From an uncultured Alphaproteobacteria bacterium (GTDB lineage Bacteria; Pseudomonadota; Alphaproteobacteria; HIMB59; GCA-002718135), in contig CACIED010000001.1 in assembly GCA_902585605.1 (NCBI GenBank), positions 560,240 through 624,239 on the forward strand: 64,000 nt of DNA, read 5' to 3'. Below the pieces are notes generated by a model, which searched no databases, was not told where the DNA came from, and saw only the letters and a program-made list of their open reading frames with translations. Positions 10,876-20,742 of the stretch are shown here, piece after piece. The position numbers and the translations under genes are program-made. Each line of letters begins with the position of its first letter. The first letter of the stretch is position 1.

Positions 10876-11435
10876 TAAAAGCCGATTTCTGATAAACAAA
10901 TATCTGCTTGAAAATCTTTAAACCCAGCAACTAGCCCTAATGTCTTGATATTCTGACCAACTAATTTTTTAGGTTGATATGCATTTGATTTTTTAAATTC
11001 ACTAAAGGGTGCTCTAATTATTGTCCATTCAGAATTAGTTTTAAAACTATATTTATAATATTGCCATGGAGCCATCGTCAGAGCAGTTCTTACATGAATT
11101 GAATACTCTTCATTATTACCAAACACCTTAAAATAAACACCCTCAAACTCTTCTGTTGATATTGATGGTTTTAATTGATTTCTTATTTGAATAAAGCCAC
11201 CATTATTTTCAGTGGTTACATTTCCTGTCATATGATAACAATTAACATCATTAACTTTTGATATGATCGCTTTACCTTCGGATAATCCACCCATCACTCC
11301 ATCAGTAAAGAAAGCCCAATTTTGACCTTGAGTAGAAATCCCGGGTGTTTCTAAGTTATCAAGTATCATTTTATTTTGAGATTGAAGATTGAATGAAAAA
11401 AATAAAATAAAAATAAAAATTATTAAACTTTTCAA
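10872..11435 (-). CDS. CIA30 / NDUFAF1-family carbohydrate-binding-like protein with signal peptide
   Basis: FTDGVMGGLS, TENNGGFIQIR and PFSEF motifs typical of the CIA30 family; hydrophobic N-terminus. Confidence 0.78.
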   Translation of the reverse strand: MKSLIIFIFILFFSFNLQSQNKMILDNLETPGISTQGQNWAFFTDGVMGGLSEGKAIISKVNDVNCYHMTGNVTTENNGGFIQIRNQLKPSISTEEFEGVYFKVFGNNEEYSIHVRTALTMAPWQYYKYSFKTNSEWTIIRAPFSEFKKSNAYQPKKLVGQNIKTLGLVAGFKDFQADICLSEIGFY

Positions 11436-11704
11436 TTTTTACGATTTTCTGCCAATTTTTTTTTAATAAGAGATAAACCCGTTTCAACTTTGGATTTATA
11501 CGATTCTTCAAATGCCTTTAACTGCCAATCTGAAAATCTAGATTTTAGTTCAGATAAATTATTTTGTTTCCATTCATTTGAAGTATTTTCATCTTTCCAA
11601 ATATCTTTCTCTTCATTGGTTCTACCGCAACCATAGCAATAACCTGAGATTGGGTCAGTTTTACATACACTAATGCAAGGCGAAGTTACTTTGTTCTGTT
11701 CCAT
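11432..11704 (-). CDS. DUF1289-family small Cys protein
   Basis: SPCISVC...GYCYGCGRTxEE..W signature; likely start MEQNKV at 11704. Confidence 0.75.
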   Translation of the reverse strand: MEQNKVTSPCISVCKTDPISGYCYGCGRTNEEKDIWKDENTSNEWKQNNLSELKSRFSDWQLKAFEESYKSKVETGLSLIKKKLAENRKN

Positions 11705-11765
11705 GATGATATACATATATTTTTTTTTAGTTTATTCCATTAAAACGATGTAAAACTTTAAAATT

Positions 11766-12731
11766 ATGACTGATTTTAGCTATTTAAATGTTGATAATGC
11801 TTATAAATTAATCAATCAAAAGGTCACAAAAACTCCTTTGGTAACTAATGATTACATAAATAATCTTTTAGAAGCAGAAATTTATTTTAAACTTGAAAAT
11901 TTACAAAATACTGGATCATTTAAACTACGTGGAGCTACACATAAAATTACAAAATTAATAGAAAATGTAAAAGACTCAGGTGTAGTGGCATATTCATCGG
12001 GTAATCATGCACAAGCTGTTGCTTATGCATCTATGATAAATAGTATTAGTGCAAAGATAATAATGCCTAAAACTGCACCTCAAATAAAAATTGAAAACAC
12101 AAAAAATTATGGAGCAGAGGTAATATTATATGACACTTACTTTCAAAATAGAGAAGAAATAGGAAATGAAATTCAAAAGAAGGATAATAGAGCTCTTATC
12201 AAACCATATGATGATGAAGATATAATTGCTGGTCAGGGAACTGCAGCTATTGAAATTGTAAATGATTTGGAAGAACTATCAATCGAACCTGATCTTTATT
12301 TATGTTGTTGTGGAGGTGGCGGTCTTATTGCAGGAACATCAACTTACCTAAAACATATTTATCCAAATATAAAATCATATTCTGTAGAGCCCGATGAATT
12401 TGATGACACAAAAAGATCTTTAGAATCTGGAAAAATTATTGAAAATAAACAAAATGCTGAATCTTTTTGTGACGCACTATTAGCACCTCAACCTGGAAAT
12501 ATAACCTTTAAAATTAATTCAAATAATCTTGAAGGAGGATTAAGTGTTTCTGATGAAGAAGTAACAAAGACCATAATTTTACTAGCCGAACAACTTAAAA
12601 TAGTAGTGGAACCAGGTGGAGCAGTTGCAGCAGCTGCAGTATTAAATAATAAAATTGATGTCAAAAATAAAAAAATTATAGTGATGATTTCTGGCGGCAA
12701 TATCGATTTAAGTTTATTTAATAAGTTATAA
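11766..12731 (+). CDS. PLP-dependent threonine/serine dehydratase (no ACT regulatory domain)
   Basis: FKLENLQNTGSFKLRGA, SSGNHAQ, GGGGL, VEPGGA and SGGN. Confidence 0.85.
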   Translation: MTDFSYLNVDNAYKLINQKVTKTPLVTNDYINNLLEAEIYFKLENLQNTGSFKLRGATHKITKLIENVKDSGVVAYSSGNHAQAVAYASMINSISAKIIMPKTAPQIKIENTKNYGAEVILYDTYFQNREEIGNEIQKKDNRALIKPYDDEDIIAGQGTAAIEIVNDLEELSIEPDLYLCCCGGGGLIAGTSTYLKHIYPNIKSYSVEPDEFDDTKRSLESGKIIENKQNAESFCDALLAPQPGNITFKINSNNLEGGLSVSDEEVTKTIILLAEQLKIVVEPGGAVAAAAVLNNKIDVKNKKIIVMISGGNIDLSLFNKL

Positions 12732-14494
12732 TGAATCAATCAAATTTAAAAAAATTACAAAATCTATTAAAAGAAAAAGATAGCGATATATTTATCATTA
12801 ATAGAAGTGATGAATATTTAAATGAGTATATTTCTCCATATGCAGAAAGATTAAATTTTATAACAAACTTTTCTGGTTCAGCAGGAAGAGCAATTATAAC
12901 ACCAACAGATGCATTCTTGTATGTTGATGGACGATATACTTTTCAAGCAAATACTCAAATTAATGCCAAAGAGATTCAAGCTAAACACTTAAATAGCTTT
13001 TGGACAGATTTAGAAAAAATTTTATTAGAAAAAGAATGTAAAATTGCTTTAGATCCAACTCTTCATTCAGTTATAGAAATTGAAAAAGTGGAAAAAATGT
13101 TAAAGAATTCAACATCTCAACTCCAACTAATAGATAAAAATTTTGTTGATTTAATATGGGAAAATCAACCAAAAACTCAGTATACAGATATATTTGATCA
13201 TCCAACAAGTTTTGCTGGTAAGGGCAGAAGTGAAAAATTAGATATTTTAAAAAAATTTTTCGATCAAAATGAAATTGATCATTACTTTGTTTCTGGGCTT
13301 GATAATATTGCTTGGCTATTAAATTTAAGAGCAGATGATATTAAATATACACCACTGCTTTATTCTTATCTTCTAATTTCAAAAAATAATAAACACTCTT
13401 TGTATATTAAAGAGTCTTCAATGCCAAAAATACTAAAAAAGGAATTCCAAACACTAATTAATATTAATAATATTGAAAACATCGGATCAATTTTTAATAA
13501 AATTAAATCATCTGAATCAATTGGTTTAGATTTTAATTCTACCACATATTATTTTTTCGATCTTTTAAGAAAACAAAAAATAAATACTAAAAATTTAGCA
13601 AATCCATGTATTTTGTTAAAAGCTATCAAAAATGAAACTGAAATAGATGGAGCCAAAAAAGCACATATAAGAGATGGTGTTAGTATTACTAAATATATTT
13701 ATTGGTTGAAAAATATCATGGATCCTAATTCAAATGATGAAATAAGTGTTGCAAAACATTTAGAAAGTCTTCGAAGAAAAAATGAATTATTTCATTCACT
13801 ATCTTTTGATACAATATCAGCAATTGATAAAAATGCAGCCCTTCCTCATTACCGGGTTACTGAAGAAGGTAAATCATCTTTCTCAGATAATAATATTTAC
13901 CTTGTTGACTCAGGAGGGCAATATTTTGATGGAACAACCGATATAACAAGAACTATAATTATAGGTGAAGCAACAAAAGAACAAAAAGATAGATTTACGA
14001 GAGTTCTTAAGGGTCATATTGCTCTATCAAATCATATTTTTGACAAAGGAACAAAAGGTACAGATATTGATTATCTTGCAAGAAAAAGTTTGCAAGAAAT
14101 TAATTTAGATTATGATCATGGTACCGGTCACGGTATCGGAAGTTTTTTGAGTGTTCATGAAGCCCCACAACGTATTGCAAAAAAATCAATGTTTGATAGC
14201 GTTGAGTTGCTTCCAGGAATGATTTTATCCAATGAACCTGGATACTATAAAGAAAATGAATATGGGATAAGAATTGAAAACTTAATTGTTATTAATGAAA
14301 ATGCTAATAAAAAATTATACTTTGAAACTATTTCTTGGTGTCCAATTGATTTAGATCTTATTGATAGCACTCAATTAAATGAAATTGAGAAAGAGTGGCT
14401 AAATAAATATCACTCACAGGTGTATGAAAAATTAAAGTCTTTCCTTGTAGATGAAGAGAGAAATTGGCTTAAGAGAGTAACTGTGAAAATTTAA
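12731..14494 (+). CDS. Aminopeptidase P family (M24B) Xaa-Pro aminopeptidase
   Basis: DSGGQYFDGTTDITRT, HGTGHGIG, VHE, SNEPGYY and GIRIEN. Confidence 0.9.
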   Translation: MNQSNLKKLQNLLKEKDSDIFIINRSDEYLNEYISPYAERLNFITNFSGSAGRAIITPTDAFLYVDGRYTFQANTQINAKEIQAKHLNSFWTDLEKILLEKECKIALDPTLHSVIEIEKVEKMLKNSTSQLQLIDKNFVDLIWENQPKTQYTDIFDHPTSFAGKGRSEKLDILKKFFDQNEIDHYFVSGLDNIAWLLNLRADDIKYTPLLYSYLLISKNNKHSLYIKESSMPKILKKEFQTLININNIENIGSIFNKIKSSESIGLDFNSTTYYFFDLLRKQKINTKNLANPCILLKAIKNETEIDGAKKAHIRDGVSITKYIYWLKNIMDPNSNDEISVAKHLESLRRKNELFHSLSFDTISAIDKNAALPHYRVTEEGKSSFSDNNIYLVDSGGQYFDGTTDITRTIIIGEATKEQKDRFTRVLKGHIALSNHIFDKGTKGTDIDYLARKSLQEINLDYDHGTGHGIGSFLSVHEAPQRIAKKSMFDSVELLPGMILSNEPGYYKENEYGIRIENLIVINENANKKLYFETISWCPIDLDLIDSTQLNEIEKEWLNKYHSQVYEKLKSFLVDEERNWLKRVTVKI

Positions 14495-14507
14495 GTTAAG
14501 CCACCGA

Positions 14508-14684
14508 TTATGCGGCTTTCTTATTTATATCAAATTCAGTTTTTAAAAGATGCTTATCTAATTCTATTTTCCATTCCTTTCCATATTCAGATTTAAAGTA
14601 TTTTATTAAATCCTCATCACTATTGTAGTTTTTGTCACTTAAATCTTCGTATATTTTGTTAAAAAAATTAAAAACATTAATCAT
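14508..14684 (-). CDS. Small hypothetical protein (58 aa), absent from the ORF track
   Basis: Manual translation MINVFNFFNKIYEDLSDKNYNSDEDLIKYFKSEYGKEWKIELDKHLLKTEFDINKKAA*. AAGGA RBS about 7 nt upstream of the ATG. It fills the gap after the aminopeptidase. Confidence 0.65.
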   Translation of the reverse strand: MINVFNFFNKIYEDLSDKNYNSDEDLIKYFKSEYGKEWKIELDKHLLKTEFDINKKAA

Positions 14685-14752
14685 ATAAAATTCCTTTAAT
14701 ACTTTATGTAATAACTTTTATATGCAATAACAGTATAAATTTCTGAATTTTG

Positions 14753-14771
14753 ATATGCATTAAATGCATAT
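14753..14771. promoter_or_regulatory. Perfect inverted repeat ATATGCAT-TAA-ATGCATAT, candidate operator
   Basis: 19-bp palindrome in the intergenic region between the divergent 58-aa ORF and the ABC operon; related half-sites at about 14703-14731. Confidence 0.45.
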
Positions 14772-14939
14772 AACAAATATATATATAATTTTATAGAATA
14801 TCAAAAATAACGATTTTTAATCAATTTTTACTATTAAAGTTTAAGTTTAAATAAATTAGAGAAATTCAATTCGTTCATTATTGACTTTATATTTTAAATA
14901 CGGTTCAATCTTATTATAATCATTTTAATGGAGGGTAAA

Positions 14940-16235
14940 ATGAAAAAAAAGATCTCTAGGAGAAAGTTTATTAACCATACAGGTTCTGCTGCTCTTGCAG
15001 GTACTCTATTATCGCAAGTTGGTATGAAGTATGCATTTGCTGCTAACACTAAACCAGTTAGTCTTTTGCTTGGTTCACACATGGATTATTTGCAAGCTTT
15101 AGCTCCTGCTTATGCAGAAAAATATGGTGTTACACCAAGTATAGAAACAGTAACAACACCAGATCTATCTGTTAAATTAAATTCCGCGTATATTGCACGA
15201 AAAAGTGTAGGTGATGCAATATTTGTGACTGCTTCAGAAATTGCTGGTTTAGCTGATAAGGGTTGGTTGATGGATATGAGTGATTTTGTCAATGATACAT
15301 TAAAACCAAATGGTGTTATGGAAAACAGTCTAACTGCTGCAACTTACAAAGGCAAAGTCTATGCTGCCCCAATTACGATTGGTTGCCCAGTACTGCACTG
15401 GAATAAAAATTTACTTAAAAATGCAGGATTGGATACAGAAGCGCCTAATAATTGGCATCGTACAAAAAATTCTTGGAACGAACTTATTCGTTTTGCTAAA
15501 GAAATTAACGATCCTGATAATGATATATATGGTATTGTTGATGCTTGGGCAGGTACGCATAGTTTTTGGACTTTTGGAGCTTTACTTCAAGCGAATGGAG
15601 GAAGTTTCTTAGACGGAAATCTAGATCCGATCATGAATAGTGATGCGGGTGTTGAAGCTTTAAATATGATGGTTGATCTTTTACATAAAGATAAAATCAT
15701 TGACCCAGCTACGCCAACTTACACTTGGGTATTTGATGCATCTCCAAGCTATATGGCAGGGAAAAGAGGATTTTTCTTAACATGGCCATTTATTAGTGGA
15801 ATTGCAAATTTCACAGAAGATTCTGCAGTGCAAGGGATGAGTGGTATAGCACCACTTCCTGCATTAGAAACTTCTGCATCTGTGGATGGATCAGAATTTT
15901 TAGCAATACCTAAATATTCAGATAATCCTGAGGCAGGAATGCAATTTATTGAAATGGCTTTAAGTCCTGACAATCAGATATTGCAAGGTTCAACGTCGCC
16001 TTGGGCACCATCTTTAGAACCTGCTCTAGATCATCCAGATGTTCTGAAAAATATATCAATGGCAGGTGTTATTAAAGACTCATATCTATATCCTGTAGAT
16101 GCAGGTTTTTCTGCAGATAGAAATCAATGGGTTGAATTATTATCAAATGAAGTTTCATTAGCATTGACTCAAAAGAAAAGTGCTAAAGATGCTTTAAATG
16201 ATGCTGTTAAGCAAATTAATGCGAGCAGATCATAA
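14940..16235 (+). CDS. Carbohydrate (CUT1) ABC transporter substrate-binding protein with Tat signal
   Basis: GGAGG RBS before the ATG at 14940; SRRKFIN twin-arginine signal ending AFA; family-1 SBP features (LHWNKNLL, ASVDGSEFLAIPK). Confidence 0.85.
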   Translation: MKKKISRRKFINHTGSAALAGTLLSQVGMKYAFAANTKPVSLLLGSHMDYLQALAPAYAEKYGVTPSIETVTTPDLSVKLNSAYIARKSVGDAIFVTASEIAGLADKGWLMDMSDFVNDTLKPNGVMENSLTAATYKGKVYAAPITIGCPVLHWNKNLLKNAGLDTEAPNNWHRTKNSWNELIRFAKEINDPDNDIYGIVDAWAGTHSFWTFGALLQANGGSFLDGNLDPIMNSDAGVEALNMMVDLLHKDKIIDPATPTYTWVFDASPSYMAGKRGFFLTWPFISGIANFTEDSAVQGMSGIAPLPALETSASVDGSEFLAIPKYSDNPEAGMQFIEMALSPDNQILQGSTSPWAPSLEPALDHPDVLKNISMAGVIKDSYLYPVDAGFSADRNQWVELLSNEVSLALTQKKSAKDALNDAVKQINASRS

Positions 16236-16254
16236 TTAATAAAATACGCAAATT

Positions 16255-17049
16255 ATGAAAGTTAATTTGGGTAATTATACATGGGAGGAAGTTAAGGACT
16301 TATCAGATAAAGATCCGGTAGTTCTTCTTCCTCTTGGTGCATTCGAGCAGCATGGAAAACATTTACCGCTCAAAGTAGATGAATTTATGGTTAATAATAT
16401 TGCCAATGAGTCTGTAAAAAAATCTCACCAAAAGAATATTAATGCAGTTGTGGCACCAGTTATTTGGTCAGGTTATTCACCGCATCATATGGATTTTCCT
16501 GGTACGATTTCTATTAAGGATGAAACATTAACAAATGTTATTTTGGATATAGTTGAGAGTTTGGTAAAAAATAAATTAGAAAGAATACTTATTTTGAATG
16601 GGCATGGAGGCAATATTGCTATTCTTAAAAATGTTGGACAAAAGTTAAAATACGATAAAAATATTTATATAGCTACAGCATCATATTGGGATTTTGCTAT
16701 GAAAGAAATTAATGAGTGGAGAGATTCTGATCTTGGTGGAATAAATCATGCATGTGAAATGGAAACAGCACTTATGTTACATATGCAAGAGGAAATAGTT
16801 AAAAAAGATAAAATTGTCGACAACCCATTAAAAAGATCTTCATATACAGGAGTTGACCTTTTATCAGGTGGTTCAGTTGGAGTAAGTGCAAGCTTTAAAG
16901 AGCTTTCAGATCATGGAGTTATTGGCTCACCAAGTCTTGCTTCCAAAAAGAAAGGCACTGAACTTTATGAGATAATAACAGATAAAGTTTCAGACTTTAT
17001 TGAAGATTTTTCAAAATGGGCAAAACCTTTAAATGGTAAAAATGAATAA
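16255..17049 (+). CDS. Creatininase / creatinine amidohydrolase family protein (COG1402)
   Basis: GAFEQHGKHLPLKVD, GYSPHHMDFPGTI, NGHGGN and HACEMET metal-binding motifs. Confidence 0.88.
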   Translation: MKVNLGNYTWEEVKDLSDKDPVVLLPLGAFEQHGKHLPLKVDEFMVNNIANESVKKSHQKNINAVVAPVIWSGYSPHHMDFPGTISIKDETLTNVILDIVESLVKNKLERILILNGHGGNIAILKNVGQKLKYDKNIYIATASYWDFAMKEINEWRDSDLGGINHACEMETALMLHMQEEIVKKDKIVDNPLKRSSYTGVDLLSGGSVGVSASFKELSDHGVIGSPSLASKKKGTELYEIITDKVSDFIEDFSKWAKPLNGKNE

Positions 17050-18253
17050 AAAAGATTTAGCCTTATTTTGTTATCCCTGGGACGTAATTGATGAAGGTTA
17101 TGATGCAATTATTGATGCAGTAAAGAGAAGTGGACTTAATGCAATTTATATTACTGTAAATTATCACTCAGGAATGTTTTTTTTACCTCATAGTAAAAAA
17201 AGAAAAATATATTTTCCTGAACCTGGGGCTTTATACTTCAATCCAAGTAGTTGGCATAATAATCATAGTTTTCAATCCCCTATAAGTAATCTTACTGAGA
17301 ATTGGAGTCAGTTTTGGGAAGAATTATCAAATCAATGTAAAAAAAATAATATCAAATTATGCGCATGGATGCTTGGTACTCATAATTCTGGAATTGGAAA
17401 TAATTATCCCAGTACATCTGTATATAATGCTTGGGGTGATCCAATCACACACTCTCTATGTCCCTTTAATTCGGACGTAGTTGATCATTTTGTCAATTTA
17501 TCAAGAGATGTAGTAAATCTAGGTGTATTTGATAAAATTCTAATTGAATCTCTTGAATATCTTCCATTAAGACACGGGCATCACCATGAAGTAATTGGAG
17601 TAGATTTTTCAGCTGATATCGATTTTATTATGTCACTTAACTTTAGTAATAAATGTTTAGAGACTTTGAAGCAAAAAAATATTGATGGTGAAATGATTAG
17701 AAACTGGGTTAAAAAAACTACAGATGATTATTTTAATCAAAAAATAAAAAAAGAAGTTATGAATTGGTCTGATTTTCAAAGTATTCTTGATGGTGAGTTT
17801 TGGAATTACTATTTGGTAAGAGAAGAAAGTATAACAAACATCAATACTTTGGTAGTCAATGAATTACGAAAAGATAAAAATTTAAAAATTGGTTTAGTTG
17901 ACTTTGGTCCATTATATCCACTTGGTCCTAATAATCAAAGATGGCAAAATGGTGTAAATTTAAATACTCTATTACCCTTGATTGATGAAATTCATCCAAC
18001 TTTTTATTTTGCAGATTTAGATCTTATAAAAGAAAAATATGATGTTTATAAAAAAGTATTAAATAACAAAGTTGAAATGATACCTGCAATGAGAACAATC
18101 CTCCCACAAGTTTCTAATCAATTAGATCTTAAGAACCAACTTCAAGTATTTAATAAAGATGCATCAGGATTTAGCTTCTATAACTACTCATTTATGAATT
18201 ATGAAAACTTAGACTGGATTAATCAAAGTCTTTCTGAAAATGGAGATATTTGA
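17042..18253 (+). CDS. Uncharacterised soluble protein, probable glycoside-hydrolase-like TIM barrel
   Basis: About 400 aa with alternating beta/alpha pattern and motifs YPWD, NYHSG, LGTHN, LCP, DKILIESLEY and HGHHHE. No signal peptide or TM segment. The fold assignment is inference. Confidence 0.45.
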   Translation: MNKKDLALFCYPWDVIDEGYDAIIDAVKRSGLNAIYITVNYHSGMFFLPHSKKRKIYFPEPGALYFNPSSWHNNHSFQSPISNLTENWSQFWEELSNQCKKNNIKLCAWMLGTHNSGIGNNYPSTSVYNAWGDPITHSLCPFNSDVVDHFVNLSRDVVNLGVFDKILIESLEYLPLRHGHHHEVIGVDFSADIDFIMSLNFSNKCLETLKQKNIDGEMIRNWVKKTTDDYFNQKIKKEVMNWSDFQSILDGEFWNYYLVREESITNINTLVVNELRKDKNLKIGLVDFGPLYPLGPNNQRWQNGVNLNTLLPLIDEIHPTFYFADLDLIKEKYDVYKKVLNNKVEMIPAMRTILPQVSNQLDLKNQLQVFNKDASGFSFYNYSFMNYENLDWINQSLSENGDI

Positions 18254-19011
18254 GAATGAATACTACTGTTGATATTTTAATAAATCCCGTAACTTTAAGA
18301 TTTAGTTATCACAATAGCGAATTAATTTATATGTTTGCTTCACATCCAGAACAACAACTTGATGAGATGGAAAAACTTATGGGTGTAACTACTGATGATG
18401 GACCAATTTTTGATACAAATGTTGGTTTTTTACCAGTAGCTTCAACTACACTAATTAGAGGTGAGAAAAATATTTTAGTTGATCCTGGTAATTATCATAT
18501 CGGTTTTTATTCTATATTAAAGAGAGCACTGGCTTCAAAAAATTTAACATATGAAGATATCGATATAGTAGCTACTACTCATACACATTCTGATCATGCA
18601 GCTTCTATTGTTCATTTTAGAAATAAACCATGGATTATTGGAGGCAAAGAATTTGATGATATGGTTGCTATTGAGGGAAAAGAAATTGTAGATGCTAAAA
18701 AATCAATGATGGGAGAAATAATTGAAATCTCAGATGATAATGAGACAAAAATTATGGAAAATGTCTGTGCAATAACCACTCCGGGACATACAAATGGCCA
18801 TATATCTTTTATAGTTAAAAGTAATGATGAAACTATTTTAATTGCTGGTGATCAAACTATGACAAAGGAAGAGTATTGTGAGAGAAAATTTTCTAGATGG
18901 TATCCAGAAGCAAATTTAAAACAATTAAACGAATCACTAGATAAAGCACAAAGCTATAAACCAGATCTTGTAATTCCAGGACATGACAGATCTTTTAAAC
19001 CAACCAAGTAA
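18250..19011 (+). CDS. Metallo-beta-lactamase-fold hydrolase (lactonase-like)
   Basis: LVDPG, THTHSDH (HxHxDH), TPGHTNGH, AGD and IPGH. Confidence 0.85.
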   Translation: MRMNTTVDILINPVTLRFSYHNSELIYMFASHPEQQLDEMEKLMGVTTDDGPIFDTNVGFLPVASTTLIRGEKNILVDPGNYHIGFYSILKRALASKNLTYEDIDIVATTHTHSDHAASIVHFRNKPWIIGGKEFDDMVAIEGKEIVDAKKSMMGEIIEISDDNETKIMENVCAITTPGHTNGHISFIVKSNDETILIAGDQTMTKEEYCERKFSRWYPEANLKQLNESLDKAQSYKPDLVIPGHDRSFKPTK

Positions 19012-19912
19012 TTCTCAATTCAAATTTTCAAGAGAAAAAATTCTTGCTTTCACACTAATACTTCCTTCTTTAATTCTAGTTTTTATAACTTATTTATATC
19101 CAGCTATATTTACTTTTGTAATAAGTTTTGCCGAATATGATATAATTCGCTTAAAAATAAAAAAATTTATTCAATTTAAAAACTTTGAATTTTTAATAAG
19201 TAATTATTTTTTTACAAGTTCTGTCTTAAGAACTATTTACTTCGGGTTTTTGATCTGCGTGTGTACAACAATATTTTCTTTCTTGATCGCACTTCTTTTA
19301 AATGAAAAATTTATTGGAAAAGCATTTTTAAGAGTCATGATTGTATTACCTTGGGCAGTGCCATCTGTTGTTTCTGGTGTACTGTGGGGACAAATGTTTC
19401 ATGCTGATACTGGGTTTTTAAATGCTTTATTATATCAATTAGGGGTCATATCAGGTTACAAAATTTGGTTAGCAGATCCATTAGTAGCCCTTCATGTAAT
19501 AGCTATTGCTGAAATCTGGAAAGCAATTCCTTTCATGACATTATTTTTTTTATCAGGACTACAAAGTTTACCCTCGGAAGTTTTTGAGGCTGCAGCAGTT
19601 GATGGAGCAAATGTATTTCAAAGGTTCTCTAACATTTTATTTCCTTTAATGTTACCAATTGCGATACCACTTTTCTTGATACAATTTGTTTTAGCAATGA
19701 AATCATTTGATACAATTTTTGTTCTTACAAGAGGGGGGCCAGGGGGTGGAACAACAACATTAAATTATTTTATTTATCAAGAAGCATTTGAAACTTTTAA
19801 TCTAGGCCGAGCTTCAGCAGCGGCCTATGTTTTGCTAATAATTACTTTAGCTGTTGTATTAATTCCAACCATTTCAAGATTTTTAATAAAATTTTTTTGG
19901 GGTAATAAATGA
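18983..19912 (+). CDS. Carbohydrate ABC transporter permease (MalF/UgpA-like)
   Basis: Multiple TM helices; EAA loop EAAAVDGANVFQRF; TRGGP. Confidence 0.9.
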   Translation: MTDLLNQPSNSQFKFSREKILAFTLILPSLILVFITYLYPAIFTFVISFAEYDIIRLKIKKFIQFKNFEFLISNYFFTSSVLRTIYFGFLICVCTTIFSFLIALLLNEKFIGKAFLRVMIVLPWAVPSVVSGVLWGQMFHADTGFLNALLYQLGVISGYKIWLADPLVALHVIAIAEIWKAIPFMTLFFLSGLQSLPSEVFEAAAVDGANVFQRFSNILFPLMLPIAIPLFLIQFVLAMKSFDTIFVLTRGGPGGGTTTLNYFIYQEAFETFNLGRASAAAYVLLIITLAVVLIPTISRFLIKFFWGNK

Positions 19913-20742
19913 AAAAAAATTTGATTCTAAAAAATTTTTTTATTTATTTTTCTGCTCTCATAGTATTTTTAATAATGTTTTTTCCACTATACGGTTTGAT
20001 ATTAACAAGCATACAACCTGAAAATATAATTAGATCTAGAAATTTGTCTTTTTTTCCAACAGAAATTATATTTACTCATTTTGCTGAGGTTTTGAAACCT
20101 AATCATATATCTAATATTTATGAGGGTATTAAAAATAGTCTTATTGTTTCATTCCTCACATCTTTTTTATGCATAATTTTAGCTTTTCCGGCAGCATACT
20201 CACTTGCAAGATTAAATTTACCAGCTAAAAATATTATTCTTGGAACTTTAATTTCTATTTATTTTCTTCCAACAATACTTTTTGTAATTCCCTTATTTGT
20301 TATATTAGTTTCATATCAACTAGATGACACTATTTTAAGTCTAGTTGTTCCGTATACTGCCTTTACATTACCTTTTGTGATTTGGATTTTAAAATCATTT
20401 ATTGATAAGCTACCTGTTGAGGTGGAGGAAGCTGCAAAAATTGATGGTTGTTCTACTCTACAACTTTTAATTCACATCATTTTCCCTTTATTGAGACCTG
20501 GTTTAATAGCAGCCTTCATATTTGCATTTATTTTATCTTGGGTTGAATTTTTAACGCCTTTAATATTTACTAATAATTTGAAAATTTCTACAGTAGCACT
20601 TGGATTATTTAGGAGCACTATAGACATTAAAATTGGTCAACAAGCAGCAGCAGCAATAATTACTTTAATTCCAGTAACAATACTAATGATTTTTTTTCAA
20701 CAATATATTACAAAAGTAGTATTATCGGGAAGTGATAAATAA
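19909..20742 (+). CDS. Carbohydrate ABC transporter permease (MalG/UgpE-like)
   Basis: KNSLIVS, AAYSLARL and EAA loop EEAAKIDGC. Confidence 0.9.
   Translation: MKKNLILKNFFIYFSALIVFLIMFFPLYGLILTSIQPENIIRSRNLSFFPTEIIFTHFAEVLKPNHISNIYEGIKNSLIVSFLTSFLCIILAFPAAYSLARLNLPAKNIILGTLISIYFLPTILFVIPLFVILVSYQLDDTILSLVVPYTAFTLPFVIWILKSFIDKLPVEVEEAAKIDGCSTLQLLIHIIFPLLRPGLIAAFIFAFILSWVEFLTPLIFTNNLKISTVALGLFRSTIDIKIGQQAAAAIITLIPVTILMIFFQQYITKVVLSGSDK

Noticed and set aside
14498-14519. Hairpin AAGCC...GGCTT between the aminopeptidase gene and the 58-aa ORF as a terminator
   Set aside because: The stem is only 5 bp plus a mismatch and overlaps the ORF's last codons; too weak to call.
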